Shown: positions 19,121 to 26,164 of the stretch, piece after piece
Layout of the letters: each line of letters opens with the position of its first letter
Position numbering within the stretch: the first letter of the stretch is position 1
NCBI GenBank assembly: GCA_963758805.1
Contig: CAVWWP010000002.1
Coordinates: forward strand, 222,918 to 286,917
Reading direction: 5' to 3'
Origin: Vulcanimicrobiota bacterium
GTDB lineage: Bacteria; Vulcanimicrobiota; Vulcanimicrobiia; Vulcanimicrobiales; Vulcanimicrobiaceae
DNA length: 64,000 bases
Notes under the pieces: model-generated
The model's database searches: none
Seen by the model: only the letters and a program-made list of their open reading frames with translations
What the model was told of the DNA's origin: nothing
Made by a program: the position numbers and the translations under genes

Positions 19121-19957
19121 TTGACCGTACAGGATTGGTATCTTGACGTCGAGTCGCCGGACGGCGTCTGCTTGCACGTGCGAGCTCAAGGCGAGAAGAC
19201 GTCACCTGCGATCATCTTCATTCATGGGTTCTCGCAATCCCATCTGTCGTGGGCGCGTCAGTTTGACGGTCCTTTGGCCGACGAGTTTTATCTCGCCGCG
19301 CTCGACCTGCGCGGCCATGGCTGGTCGGATAAGCCGGATGATGCGGCAGCGTACCGGGAGTCGCGACGGTGGGGCGACGACGTGGCTGCGGTGCTCCGGG
19401 CGCTCGACGTACCGCGCGCCGTGCTCGTCGGGTGGTCGTATGGCGGTCGCGTCATCCTCGACTATCTCGCCGCGCATGGCAGCGAGGCGATCGCTGGAAT
19501 CAACTTCGTCGCGCCGGGGATTGCGGACGAGGATTCCTACTACGGCGCAGACATAGGCTTGATACGCAAGACCATCTCGAGCGATCCGGCTGAGAGCATC
19601 GAGGGGACGCGGGCCTTTCTCCGGGCGTGCTTTGCAAGGGAACCGGATCGCGAGGACTTCGAGCGGATGCTCGCATACAACGCCATGACGCCGCCCGCAA
19701 TTCGCGCCATGCTGCTCGGTCGCGACCTCGACGCGTACGATCTCCTGACGCAAATCGACGTGCCGGTACTCTTTACGCACGGGACCGAGGATGGAATCTT
19801 CACGCCGGCAATGAGCCGCTACGGCGCCGCGACTGTTCCGGGCGCAAAACTCTCGCTCTACGAAGGCATAGGCCATTCGACGTTCTTCGAAGATGCGCCG
19901 CGGTTCAATCGTGAGTTACGCGATTTCGTGCGCGCATGCGTCGGGAGGGCTACATAA
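19121..19957 (+). CDS. Alpha/beta hydrolase
   Basis: TTG 19121. IIFIHGF, nucleophile elbow GWSYGG, C-terminal GIGHSTFFE. Confidence 0.8.
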   Translation: MTVQDWYLDVESPDGVCLHVRAQGEKTSPAIIFIHGFSQSHLSWARQFDGPLADEFYLAALDLRGHGWSDKPDDAAAYRESRRWGDDVAAVLRALDVPRAVLVGWSYGGRVILDYLAAHGSEAIAGINFVAPGIADEDSYYGADIGLIRKTISSDPAESIEGTRAFLRACFAREPDREDFERMLAYNAMTPPAIRAMLLGRDLDAYDLLTQIDVPVLFTHGTEDGIFTPAMSRYGAATVPGAKLSLYEGIGHSTFFEDAPRFNRELRDFVRACVGRAT

Positions 19958-20597
19958 CCTCTTTGACGCCGGCGCGGATGAGTAACCAATTGGCCGGGTA
20001 CGACGTAAGAAAGCCGAGGATCATCCCGATCTGCATCATGAACCAGTAGGCAGGCTGATCCGGGCGCATCTGCGCATGGAAGAAGACGAAGTACGTGAGC
20101 GCCATCCAGCCGAAGAGGCCAATCTCGAAAGCGGTCAGCGAGAGTGTGTCGGCTTTGATCGCCGCCCACAGCGTTGCGCTAACGCTTGAGTGCCGCATTG
20201 GAGCCAACGCGAAGTACTGGAACGCGATCCCAAAGATATAGGCGAGCAGGTAGTCGCCGGCGTACTGCGTTGCGAGCATTGAGTTGAAGAGTATAAATCC
20301 TGTATAGAAGATCGCGAACTCCGCCACAATGTCGCCGAGCACGCACCCGGCGCCGCAATGGGAGACGCCGATCGCAACGCGTGCGAAGAAGGGACGTTCG
20401 CGTTCGGAGGGACGGCCGAGTTTCACGTACATCCACAGTGCTATCGGGCCGCCGTAGAGCGCGGTGATTGGCCAGACCCAGTTCATGATCGCCATCGGCT
20501 GCGGAGAGCGAATCACGTCTACGAGAACGATGAGCGCGCAGGCTGCACCCAGAGCGAGCGATGCAATCGCAAGCGCATTGAGCCAATTCGGAACCAT
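19950..20597 (-). CDS. DUF4396-family integral membrane protein
   Basis: MAIMNWVWPITALYGGPIALWMY and HCGAGCVLGDIVAE motifs typical of DUF4396. Starts 16 nt downstream of the mocA remnant on the same strand. Confidence 0.7.
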   Translation of the reverse strand: MVPNWLNALAIASLALGAACALIVLVDVIRSPQPMAIMNWVWPITALYGGPIALWMYVKLGRPSERERPFFARVAIGVSHCGAGCVLGDIVAEFAIFYTGFILFNSMLATQYAGDYLLAYIFGIAFQYFALAPMRHSSVSATLWAAIKADTLSLTAFEIGLFGWMALTYFVFFHAQMRPDQPAYWFMMQIGMILGFLTSYPANWLLIRAGVKEVM

Positions 20598-20612
20598 CGT
20601 GTCAGGGTGCCG

Positions 20613-20936
20613 TTAGAGACGTTCGAACTCCTCCGCAGTGTCGACGTCGAAGAACGCACCGCGATCGGATGTCGGCACGGCGTGACGCGCGAGTGACGGG
20701 TCGTCGCGCAGCGCACGGAGCGTATCGCCGTCGCGTAGCGCCGCGATGCGGCGGCGTGCGAGCGGCGAGAAGATGACCGGATGTCCGGGTTCGCCGCTAG
20801 CATCATGGAGGGGGTAGGCCACGTCGGCATCTCTTAGCGAGTCGTTCATATGTTGAATGAGTGCCGGCGTAACGAACGGCTTGTCGCCCAACAATACGAT
20901 AAGCGCAACGTCGGGCGGCGCGAGACGCGGTAAGAG
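20613..20936 (-). pseudogene. 5'-truncated remnant of a MocA/MobA-like molybdenum-cofactor nucleotidyltransferase
   Basis: Only the C-terminal ~105 codons are present (VALIVLLGDKPFVTPALI...GEPGHPVIFSP...GDTLRAL...FFDVDTAEEFERL). Homology runs right up to the stop codon of the upstream gene. The nucleotide-binding N-half is absent. Confidence 0.7.
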
Positions 20937-22292
20937 TCAGGCGCCGTCTTGTTCGAACTCCGTTCCGGAGACAGCGCATTGCTCGGCTCGCGCGAGCTCT
21001 TTACCCAAGTAGGCGGCGTGATCGAGCTTCGTCACCCAGCCGTTTGAGATGAGCGTCCAGTAGAGCGTGCGCGCATCGCGCCCTTCCGTGAGATGCAGCA
21101 GGTGCTCGCGGTAGTCGTAGTGCTCGAGCTGGATCGTCCGGCCATCGACCGTAATCACGAAGTAGCCTGCGCGATCGAGCTTGATACGATCGGGCAACGG
21201 TGCGCTGGCGGCGACCCGCGGAACGGCCGCCGCCGCGAGAGGCCGTGACTGGGAAGGCGCGACGTCGCGATAGCTGTGCGCAAGCTCCTCGACGACGACG
21301 GCAATTTTCGCGACATCCGTGCAGCCTACCATGTCGACGATTTCTATCTGGGCTCGGAAGCGGTCGATTTCGGCGCGCGTCGTGTTCGGTAGAACCGGTC
21401 GCACGCCCGGCGATCCCACGACGCGTTGCGTCGCATCCGTTCCGTGTTTGTGCAGCGCGAGCAGCGTCGCGCCGGGAAGATGTCGCGGCGTCTCAACGCC
21501 GGCGCAGACGAGCGATCGTATCGCAGGGTTCGTTATGACGTTTCGGACGATCTTCTCGATCCCGATGTTCTCGGTCTCGACCTTGCCTACGATGCAGAGC
21601 CCCGGCGGCGCCGCAAGCGCAATTGATTGAGCGAGGGCGATGCTTCCGAGCGTCGTTACTGCGATGGGAGCCGCTGGGTCGACGACGACGTACGCACCGG
21701 TGACGCGCGGCCATCGCGCCGGGGTTTGACGCAATTTTGGCAATGCGCGCCCCGTGCGATCCATATAGTCGCGATACGCGTCACCAAATCGGCCGAGCAG
21801 AAATCGCTCCTCGCGGCGTACACGAACGGTCAGAAAGAGCGCTGCCACGCCGGCCATCGCCGCGGAAATGACCCAGTTGTGCAACACAGGCGTGAGACCC
21901 ACGGCGCTGACGAAAAGCGCCGCATACATCGGATGCCGAATTCGCGAGTATATCCCGGACGTAATCAGCGTGTGCCCCTCGCGGGCCTGTACGTGAACCG
22001 ACCAGTTCAACCCGAGGTCGTGGTGTGCGCGCCACGCTAGCCAGAACGCCACTAGCAGCAGTACCGTGCCCGCCCAGAAGAGCATCGGCGAGACTGTGAA
22101 GTCGGCGAAATGCAACGTGGATGTGAAAAGGCTCAACAACGGGAGCACGCACATCGCGCCGAACGCGGCGACGATCAGCGCCGTATCGCTCCACGAACGG
22201 CCCCGGATTGCGACGCGCGTCCCGCGTGCTTTCCAGCGGAAGAAGAGCCGCAGCGCGATCACCGCAGCCGCGAAAACGGCGTAGACGATCAC
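20937..22292 (-). CDS. Fusion protein: membrane ICMT/PEMT-family methyltransferase + MtrA-like corrinoid-binding domain + DUF4346
   Basis: aa 1-185: TM helices plus LITSGIYSRIRHPMY...EERFLLGRFGDAYRDYMDRTGRALP. aa ~190-350: WPRVTGAYVVVDP..PIAVTTLGS, GKVETENIGIEKIVRNVITNPAIRSLVCAGVETPRHLPG, LHKHG, VVGSPG (MtrA family). C-terminus: IKLDRAGYFVITVDG...AAYLGKELARAE (DUF4346). Confidence 0.8.
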   Translation of the reverse strand: MIVYAVFAAAVIALRLFFRWKARGTRVAIRGRSWSDTALIVAAFGAMCVLPLLSLFTSTLHFADFTVSPMLFWAGTVLLLVAFWLAWRAHHDLGLNWSVHVQAREGHTLITSGIYSRIRHPMYAALFVSAVGLTPVLHNWVISAAMAGVAALFLTVRVRREERFLLGRFGDAYRDYMDRTGRALPKLRQTPARWPRVTGAYVVVDPAAPIAVTTLGSIALAQSIALAAPPGLCIVGKVETENIGIEKIVRNVITNPAIRSLVCAGVETPRHLPGATLLALHKHGTDATQRVVGSPGVRPVLPNTTRAEIDRFRAQIEIVDMVGCTDVAKIAVVVEELAHSYRDVAPSQSRPLAAAAVPRVAASAPLPDRIKLDRAGYFVITVDGRTIQLEHYDYREHLLHLTEGRDARTLYWTLISNGWVTKLDHAAYLGKELARAEQCAVSGTEFEQDGA

Positions 22293-22690
22293 ATGCGGAA
22301 CATCCCGTGGAGCATCGGGCTGTTCAAGACGACGTGGACGATCGCGAGGATTGCGATCGCAAGCATCAACGCAAAATGCCAGCGTTTCAAACCGCTGCGC
22401 CCACCACTACGACGCGCCATCGAGGTCCCCAAAATGATCTGCCCGACGATCAGGAGAAGCGCAAGCGTCGCAATATCGAGGCCCACGACGCTGGTATGCG
22501 CCGCCATTCGACCCGACATCGAGATCATCATATGGACGATGACGAGTGCGGCGATGATGTAGCCGACGACGTAATGCAGGCGCATCGGCGGCGTACCGCG
22601 GCGTAGGCAATAGGGTAATGCGATCGTCACCCCGATGAGTAGCAGCGCGAAATAGCCGGTCGCACTTGTCGTAAGAACTGCGCCACTCAT
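22289..22690 (-). CDS. His-rich 4-TM membrane protein, function unknown
   Basis: 133 aa, four hydrophobic helices each carrying His (LHYVVGY, VIVHMMIS, RWHFALM, AIVHVVLN). 4-nt overlaps with both neighbours. Confidence 0.55.
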   Translation of the reverse strand: MSGAVLTTSATGYFALLLIGVTIALPYCLRRGTPPMRLHYVVGYIIAALVIVHMMISMSGRMAAHTSVVGLDIATLALLLIVGQIILGTSMARRSGGRSGLKRWHFALMLAIAILAIVHVVLNSPMLHGMFRM

Positions 22691-23217
22691 GGAGCATCAT
22701 TGCTCAAGCGTTTGAGCGCGCGGTCGATCCAAGCGAGCTCTGCGTCGACCATCGCGATGACGTGATCGGCTGATACTTGCGCGAAGACACCTCGTGCGTG
22801 GACGCCGGAAAACTCTTCGACAAGGAGTTTCTTACGGGCCTGCACGACAGTGCGCCGTTCGCGGAGAAGGGCCAACGATTCCGCGATCGGCAGATCGGCC
22901 AGCAATACGACCGCAACTTCGATGCCGGAGTGCAGCGTTTCGTAGCTGCAAACGACGTCGCGCAAGAGGGACGCAAGACGCCGGCGCCCTTTCGGCGTGA
23001 TCGCATAAACGACGCGCTCGCCGCGCCGCCCGCGTGTGCCCGGCTCAGTGCGCGTCTTCAAGTAGCCTTGCTCGGCCAGGCGCGCGACGAGGTGATAAAG
23101 GTTGGCCTTCTTGAGGTCGGCGTAGAGCTCGCCGTGCGCCTGCACGATGCGGTGTAGCTCGTGGCCGTGCATCGCGCCGCCCTCGAGGATCCCCAAGACG
23201 ATTAGTTCCTTATGCAT
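22687..23217 (-). CDS. PadR-family transcriptional regulator
   Basis: LIVLGILEGGAMHGHELHRIV...LYHLVARLAEQGYL...VYAITPKGRRRL winged-helix signature plus a C-terminal helical domain. Confidence 0.85.
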   Translation of the reverse strand: MHKELIVLGILEGGAMHGHELHRIVQAHGELYADLKKANLYHLVARLAEQGYLKTRTEPGTRGRRGERVVYAITPKGRRRLASLLRDVVCSYETLHSGIEVAVVLLADLPIAESLALLRERRTVVQARKKLLVEEFSGVHARGVFAQVSADHVIAMVDAELAWIDRALKRLSNDAP

Positions 23218-23219
23218 GT

Positions 23220-23237
23220 AAAGTCACCACTGACTTT
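23220..23237. promoter_or_regulatory. Operator-like palindrome 1 (AAAGTCA-N4-TGACTTT) abutting the padR start codon
   Basis: AAAGTCA 23220..23226, CCAC, TGACTTT 23231..23237. Perfect 7-bp arms. Confidence 0.4.
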
Positions 23238-23253
23238 ATCGTGTCGCTCCGTT

Positions 23254-23270
23254 AAAGTCAATACTGACTA
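23254..23270. promoter_or_regulatory. Operator-like palindrome 2 (AAAGTCA-N4-TGACTA)
   Basis: AAAGTCA 23254..23260, ATAC, TGACTA 23265..23270. Same half-site and spacing as palindrome 1, centres 34 bp apart. Confidence 0.4.
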
Positions 23271-23334
23271 TCTGATCGTCCGGCATATTCCGGCAGCGGG
23301 GACCGAAGGGCTGTCGGCTAACTATCCCCGGCCT

Positions 23335-23559
23335 ATGACCAATCCCGAACTTCGTGAGTATCTTGGCCAGACAGTCGAAGTGCGGATCGGCCAGGAGACG
23401 ATCATCGGCGACCTCCAGGCCGACGACGCAGGTAACGGCTTCGTAATAGAGATTCCGCCTGCGAAGATTGACGGAAAGAGCCTGCGCCACGCTATCCGCG
23501 ACGCTTCACTCGTTGACAGCGTACGGATCCTCGGCGAGTCCCCGGAGATGATCGACTAG
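23335..23559 (+). CDS. Small hypothetical protein (74 aa)
   Basis: ATG 23335 is the first start clear of padR. No obvious SD. MTNPELREYLGQTVEVRIGQETIIGDL suggests a small beta-barrel (Sm/SH3-like); weak. Confidence 0.3.
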   Translation: MTNPELREYLGQTVEVRIGQETIIGDLQADDAGNGFVIEIPPAKIDGKSLRHAIRDASLVDSVRILGESPEMID

Positions 23560-23619
23560 GAAAGGCGGTCTTGCTGAGGTCGTTGCGATGCAACTCTTGA
23601 GCTCGCGGGTACCTTTGAA

Positions 23620-24273
23620 GTGGATATGCAGACGACATCAGAGTTAAACCGCCGCCCCGCGCCGGCAAACCGGCCGTGGGCGTTGGCAAAGTTCGAAGGA
23701 TCCCTTTGGATGGGATCGTGGGAGACCGACCGCGTGTACGTTATGGACCCAGAGACCCTGGAGGTTCGCAACGAAATCCAGGCGCCTGGTAGGCCGTACG
23801 GCATAGCAGTAGTCGGGGACGAGCTTCGCGCCGTGGTCGCGCACGAGCACGGCGATGAGGACGACCGTTATCTCTATCGCGTGCGCGATGGCGCGTACGA
23901 TCTTGCCAGCAAGGCGCCGTGCCCCGATCTCACGGGCTCGTATATGACCGCTCGAGGCTCGACCATCTATCTGGGACAGATGCATTACGAGCGCATTCTC
24001 GAGATGGACTCAGACTACGCGATACGCCGTGAGATCGCGCTGCCGACGAAATGCGCAGGGTTTGCGTTCGGACCCGATGGACGCTTCTACCTGATCTCCG
24101 CCGATGACGAGTTCGAGAATCTGAGGTTAGGCACGCTCGACATTACGCAAGATCGTCCAGAGTTCGAGAGCATCCGACCGTTGCCCGATGAAGCGCGCTA
24201 CCTTCTCCACGACGGTTCGATGTGGTGGACGTCGCTGCGCGATGACAACGAGCTCGCGACATTTACAGACTAA
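23620..24273 (+). CDS. Hypothetical protein, repeated beta-strand (propeller-like) pattern
   Basis: 217-aa ORF with coding-like composition and recurring hydrophobic-Gly-Asp strands (SLWMGSWETDRVYVMD, GRPYGIAVVGDEL, TIYLGQM, RFYLISADD, SMWWTS). No family recognised. Confidence 0.5.
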   Translation: MDMQTTSELNRRPAPANRPWALAKFEGSLWMGSWETDRVYVMDPETLEVRNEIQAPGRPYGIAVVGDELRAVVAHEHGDEDDRYLYRVRDGAYDLASKAPCPDLTGSYMTARGSTIYLGQMHYERILEMDSDYAIRREIALPTKCAGFAFGPDGRFYLISADDEFENLRLGTLDITQDRPEFESIRPLPDEARYLLHDGSMWWTSLRDDNELATFTD

Positions 24274-24520
24274 TGAGACGGTGGCTGACGCCTAATCGTT
24301 GCTAGCTTGGACCGCTTAGGCAAGATGCTAAGCAATGTCGGACGGACAGTCATCTAGCGAACAGACTGACCGTGATACGATTGTTAGCGGAACAGGTTTC
24401 CAAATGGCAAGGCCTCGGCGTTAAGTCCCTTTTTCGCTGGGGCTTTTTGCTGGCCCGGTCTGCTTCCACTCCAACGACATCGTGGTTGCGGGTCCCAACG
24501 ATGTGAACTGTCCTTCGGAA

Positions 24521-24595
24521 TGGTGGGCGGTACATGGATTGAACATGTGACCTCTTCCGTGTCAAGGAAGCGCTCTCCCACTGAGCTAACCGCCC
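24521..24595 (-). tRNA. tRNA-Val (anticodon GAC), CCA encoded
   Basis: GGGCGGT acceptor, GCTCAGTGGGAGAGC D-arm, CTTCC-TTGACAC-GGAAG anticodon arm, ACATG-TTCAATC-CATGT T-arm, ACCGCCC-A-CCA. 75 nt. Confidence 0.9.
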
Positions 24596-24623
24596 GCGCC
24601 GAAACGCCTACTTCGCACCAGGT

Positions 24624-24653
24624 TTGACAGAGCCTTTGCCTGCGTGGTAATGT
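24624..24653 (+). promoter_or_regulatory. Strong sigma-70-like promoter (TTGACA-18-TAATGT)
   Basis: TTGACA 24624..24629, TAATGT 24648..24653. Faces away from tRNA-Val(GAC). Confidence 0.45.
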
Positions 24654-24689
24654 TGCCGACATATTCCTTTTATCGACCATGGAGGACGC

Positions 24690-24782
24690 ATGACGAATCG
24701 CAACGATCGAATCAGCCTCTCCACGCCGGCAAACGACGGCGGGTCGATGTGCTATGGACCTTCGGATGCCGGACTGACATAA
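24690..24782 (+). CDS. Candidate 30-codon small ORF (MTNRNDRISLSTPANDGGSMCYGPSDAGLT); may instead be part of a small RNA
   Basis: GGAGGA 24681..24686 then ATG 24690, TAA 24780..24782. Framed by a promoter and a terminator. Confidence 0.3.
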   Translation: MTNRNDRISLSTPANDGGSMCYGPSDAGLT

Positions 24783-24808
24783 GCGTCAGTCTATAAATAG
24801 CTAATCCG

Positions 24809-24842
24809 AAGGCCTCCGCGATCGAGTGGGGGCCTTTTCAAT
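24809..24842 (+). terminator. Rho-independent terminator-like hairpin
   Basis: AAGGCCTCC 24809..24817 pairs with GGGGGCCTT 24828..24836 (one G-U), followed by TTTCAATT. Confidence 0.5.
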
Positions 24843-25055
24843 TGCTGCCATTCTGCTTGTAAGCGAATGATGAACTTGTGGATTGAAATCGAAGTCCGAA
24901 AACGCCATGCCGATGCCGCCGAAAGTGCGCGGCGCCGTCGGCTCGCTCGCATCGCGCAGTGCCCGGGTATTCGGGATCGAGCTGCCGATAGCGCGCAGGC
25001 GATGAGCAACGCACTGGCTACCCTGGCGCGGACGCTACGCCGGCGCGAAACAGCG

Positions 25056-25084
25056 TAGACGAACGGACGGGGGTAGGGTAAGCT
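25056..25084 (+). promoter_or_regulatory. Weak candidate promoter for the tRNA Val-Asp-Phe operon
   Basis: TAGACG 25056..25061, 17-nt spacer, TAAGCT 25079..25084, about 30 nt upstream of tRNA-Val(CAC). Confidence 0.25.
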
Positions 25085-25112
25085 ATGGTTTTGTCCAAGG
25101 AGCCGTCGGTTC

Positions 25113-25187
25113 GGGCGCGTAGCTCAGTGGGAGAGCATCCGCTTCACACGCGGGGGGTCGTTGGTTCAATCCCAACCGTGCCCACCA
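25113..25187 (+). tRNA. tRNA-Val (anticodon CAC), CCA encoded
   Basis: GGGCGCG acceptor, GCTCAGTGGGAGAGC, TCCGC-TTCACAC-GCGGG, GTTGG-TTCAATC-CCAAC, CGTGCCC-A-CCA. 75 nt. Confidence 0.9.
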
Positions 25188-25212
25188 CGCCCGATCCGGC
25201 GTACCGATTCTT

Positions 25213-25289
25213 GGCGCTGTAGCTCAGTTGGTTAGAGCGTCGCCCTGTCACGGCGAAGGTCGTGGGTTCGAGCCCCATCAGCGTCGCCA
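25213..25289 (+). tRNA. tRNA-Asp (anticodon GTC), CCA encoded
   Basis: GGCGCTG acceptor, GCTCAGTTGGTTAGAGC, TCGCC-CTGTCAC-GGCGA, GTGGG-TTCGAGC-CCCAT, CAGCGTC-G-CCA. 77 nt. Confidence 0.9.
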
Positions 25290-25351
25290 TCGTCACGAGC
25301 GCACTGCATCAACCCGGTGCGGTGCGCTCGCTACAATTGAGAATAACGCGC

Positions 25352-25424
25352 GCCAAGGTAGCTCAGTTGGTAGAGCACGCGCCTGAAAAGCGCGGTGTCG
25401 CCGGTCCGATTCCGGCCCTTGGCA
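25352..25424 (+). tRNA. tRNA-Phe (anticodon GAA), no encoded CCA, atypical T-loop
   Basis: GCCAAGG acceptor, GCTCAGTTGGTAGAGC, CGCGC-CTGAAAA-GCGCG, GCCGG-TCCGATT-CCGGC, CCTTGGC-A. 73 nt. Confidence 0.85.
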
Positions 25425-25437
25425 GACTTGCGGACCG

Positions 25438-25468
25438 ACGAGGTCTCGTCGTTAGGACGAGACCTCGT
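25438..25468. terminator. Perfect 13-bp hairpin between the convergent tRNA-Phe and dienelactone hydrolase genes (bidirectional terminator candidate)
   Basis: ACGAGGTCTCGTC 25438..25450, loop GTTAG, GACGAGACCTCGT 25456..25468. Confidence 0.6.
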
Positions 25469-25473
25469 GGTTC

Positions 25474-26163
25474 TTACGCGTTCAAGGTGCGGTTGAGAAA
25501 GTCGATGGTGCGGTTCCACGCGGTTTCGGCGTGCTGACGGTGATAATGTCCGAGACCGCCTCTGCCCGGTTCGCCGGTGTTGTAGAAGCCGTGTTTGGCA
25601 TCGTAGCGGTGAAACTCGTACTCGCGACCTTCGAGCTTGAGCTTGCTCTCGATCGCGTCGACGCCCTCGGGCGTGAAGAACGCGTCCTCCATCGCCCAGT
25701 GACCTTGAATGGGAACCGCGATCCGGCCCGGATCACCGGCTTCGGGCGGCGGATATCCGTACCATATCGACGCCGAGTCGAAGTCGCCGCCATGCATAAC
25801 GGCGAGCATCGCAAGCGCGCCGCCCATGCAGAACCCCATCGCGGCAACACGCTTAGAACCGTGCTCACGTAAGAAGCGCGCGGCGCCGGGGCCATCTTGT
25901 GTGGCGGCGTCGCCGAAATCCAAGCCTTCCATTAGATGGTTGGCTTCGTCACCGGTGGCGGCGACGCGGCCGCGATAGAGATCCGGAACGACGACGTTAA
26001 AGTCGTTTGACGCTAAACGATCGGCCGTCGCTTTGATACGCTCGTCGAGGCCCCACCACTCCTCGAACAGCACGACGCCCGGCGCGTCCTTGCGCGACGA
26101 CTCTGCGAAGTAGCCCCGAGCCGTCTCTCCGTCCGGGCGCGCGAACTCGATCATCGTCCCCAC
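25474..26163 (-). CDS. Dienelactone hydrolase family protein
   Basis: GVVLFEEWWG, nucleophile motif GFCMGG, C-terminal HGF. 229 aa. Confidence 0.85.
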   Translation of the reverse strand: MGTMIEFARPDGETARGYFAESSRKDAPGVVLFEEWWGLDERIKATADRLASNDFNVVVPDLYRGRVAATGDEANHLMEGLDFGDAATQDGPGAARFLREHGSKRVAAMGFCMGGALAMLAVMHGGDFDSASIWYGYPPPEAGDPGRIAVPIQGHWAMEDAFFTPEGVDAIESKLKLEGREYEFHRYDAKHGFYNTGEPGRGGLGHYHRQHAETAWNRTIDFLNRTLNA

Positions 26164-26164
26164 G

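Noticed and set aside
24274-24520. Possible SRP/4.5S-like or other small RNA downstream of tRNA-Val(GAC): a GGAAGCAG string and CTTTTT(C)GCTGG direct repeats.
   Set aside because: There is only a short partial resemblance to the SRP domain IV motif, no supporting helix 8 symmetric-loop pairing, and no clear promoter or terminator.
24660-24842. CsrA-sequestering (CsrB/RsmZ-like) sRNA, because the orphan transcript carries five GGA motifs, three of them 8-9 nt apart.
   Set aside because: From rough base composition, about three GGA would be expected by chance in this length. The motifs are not obviously presented in hairpin loops. The enrichment is not convincing.
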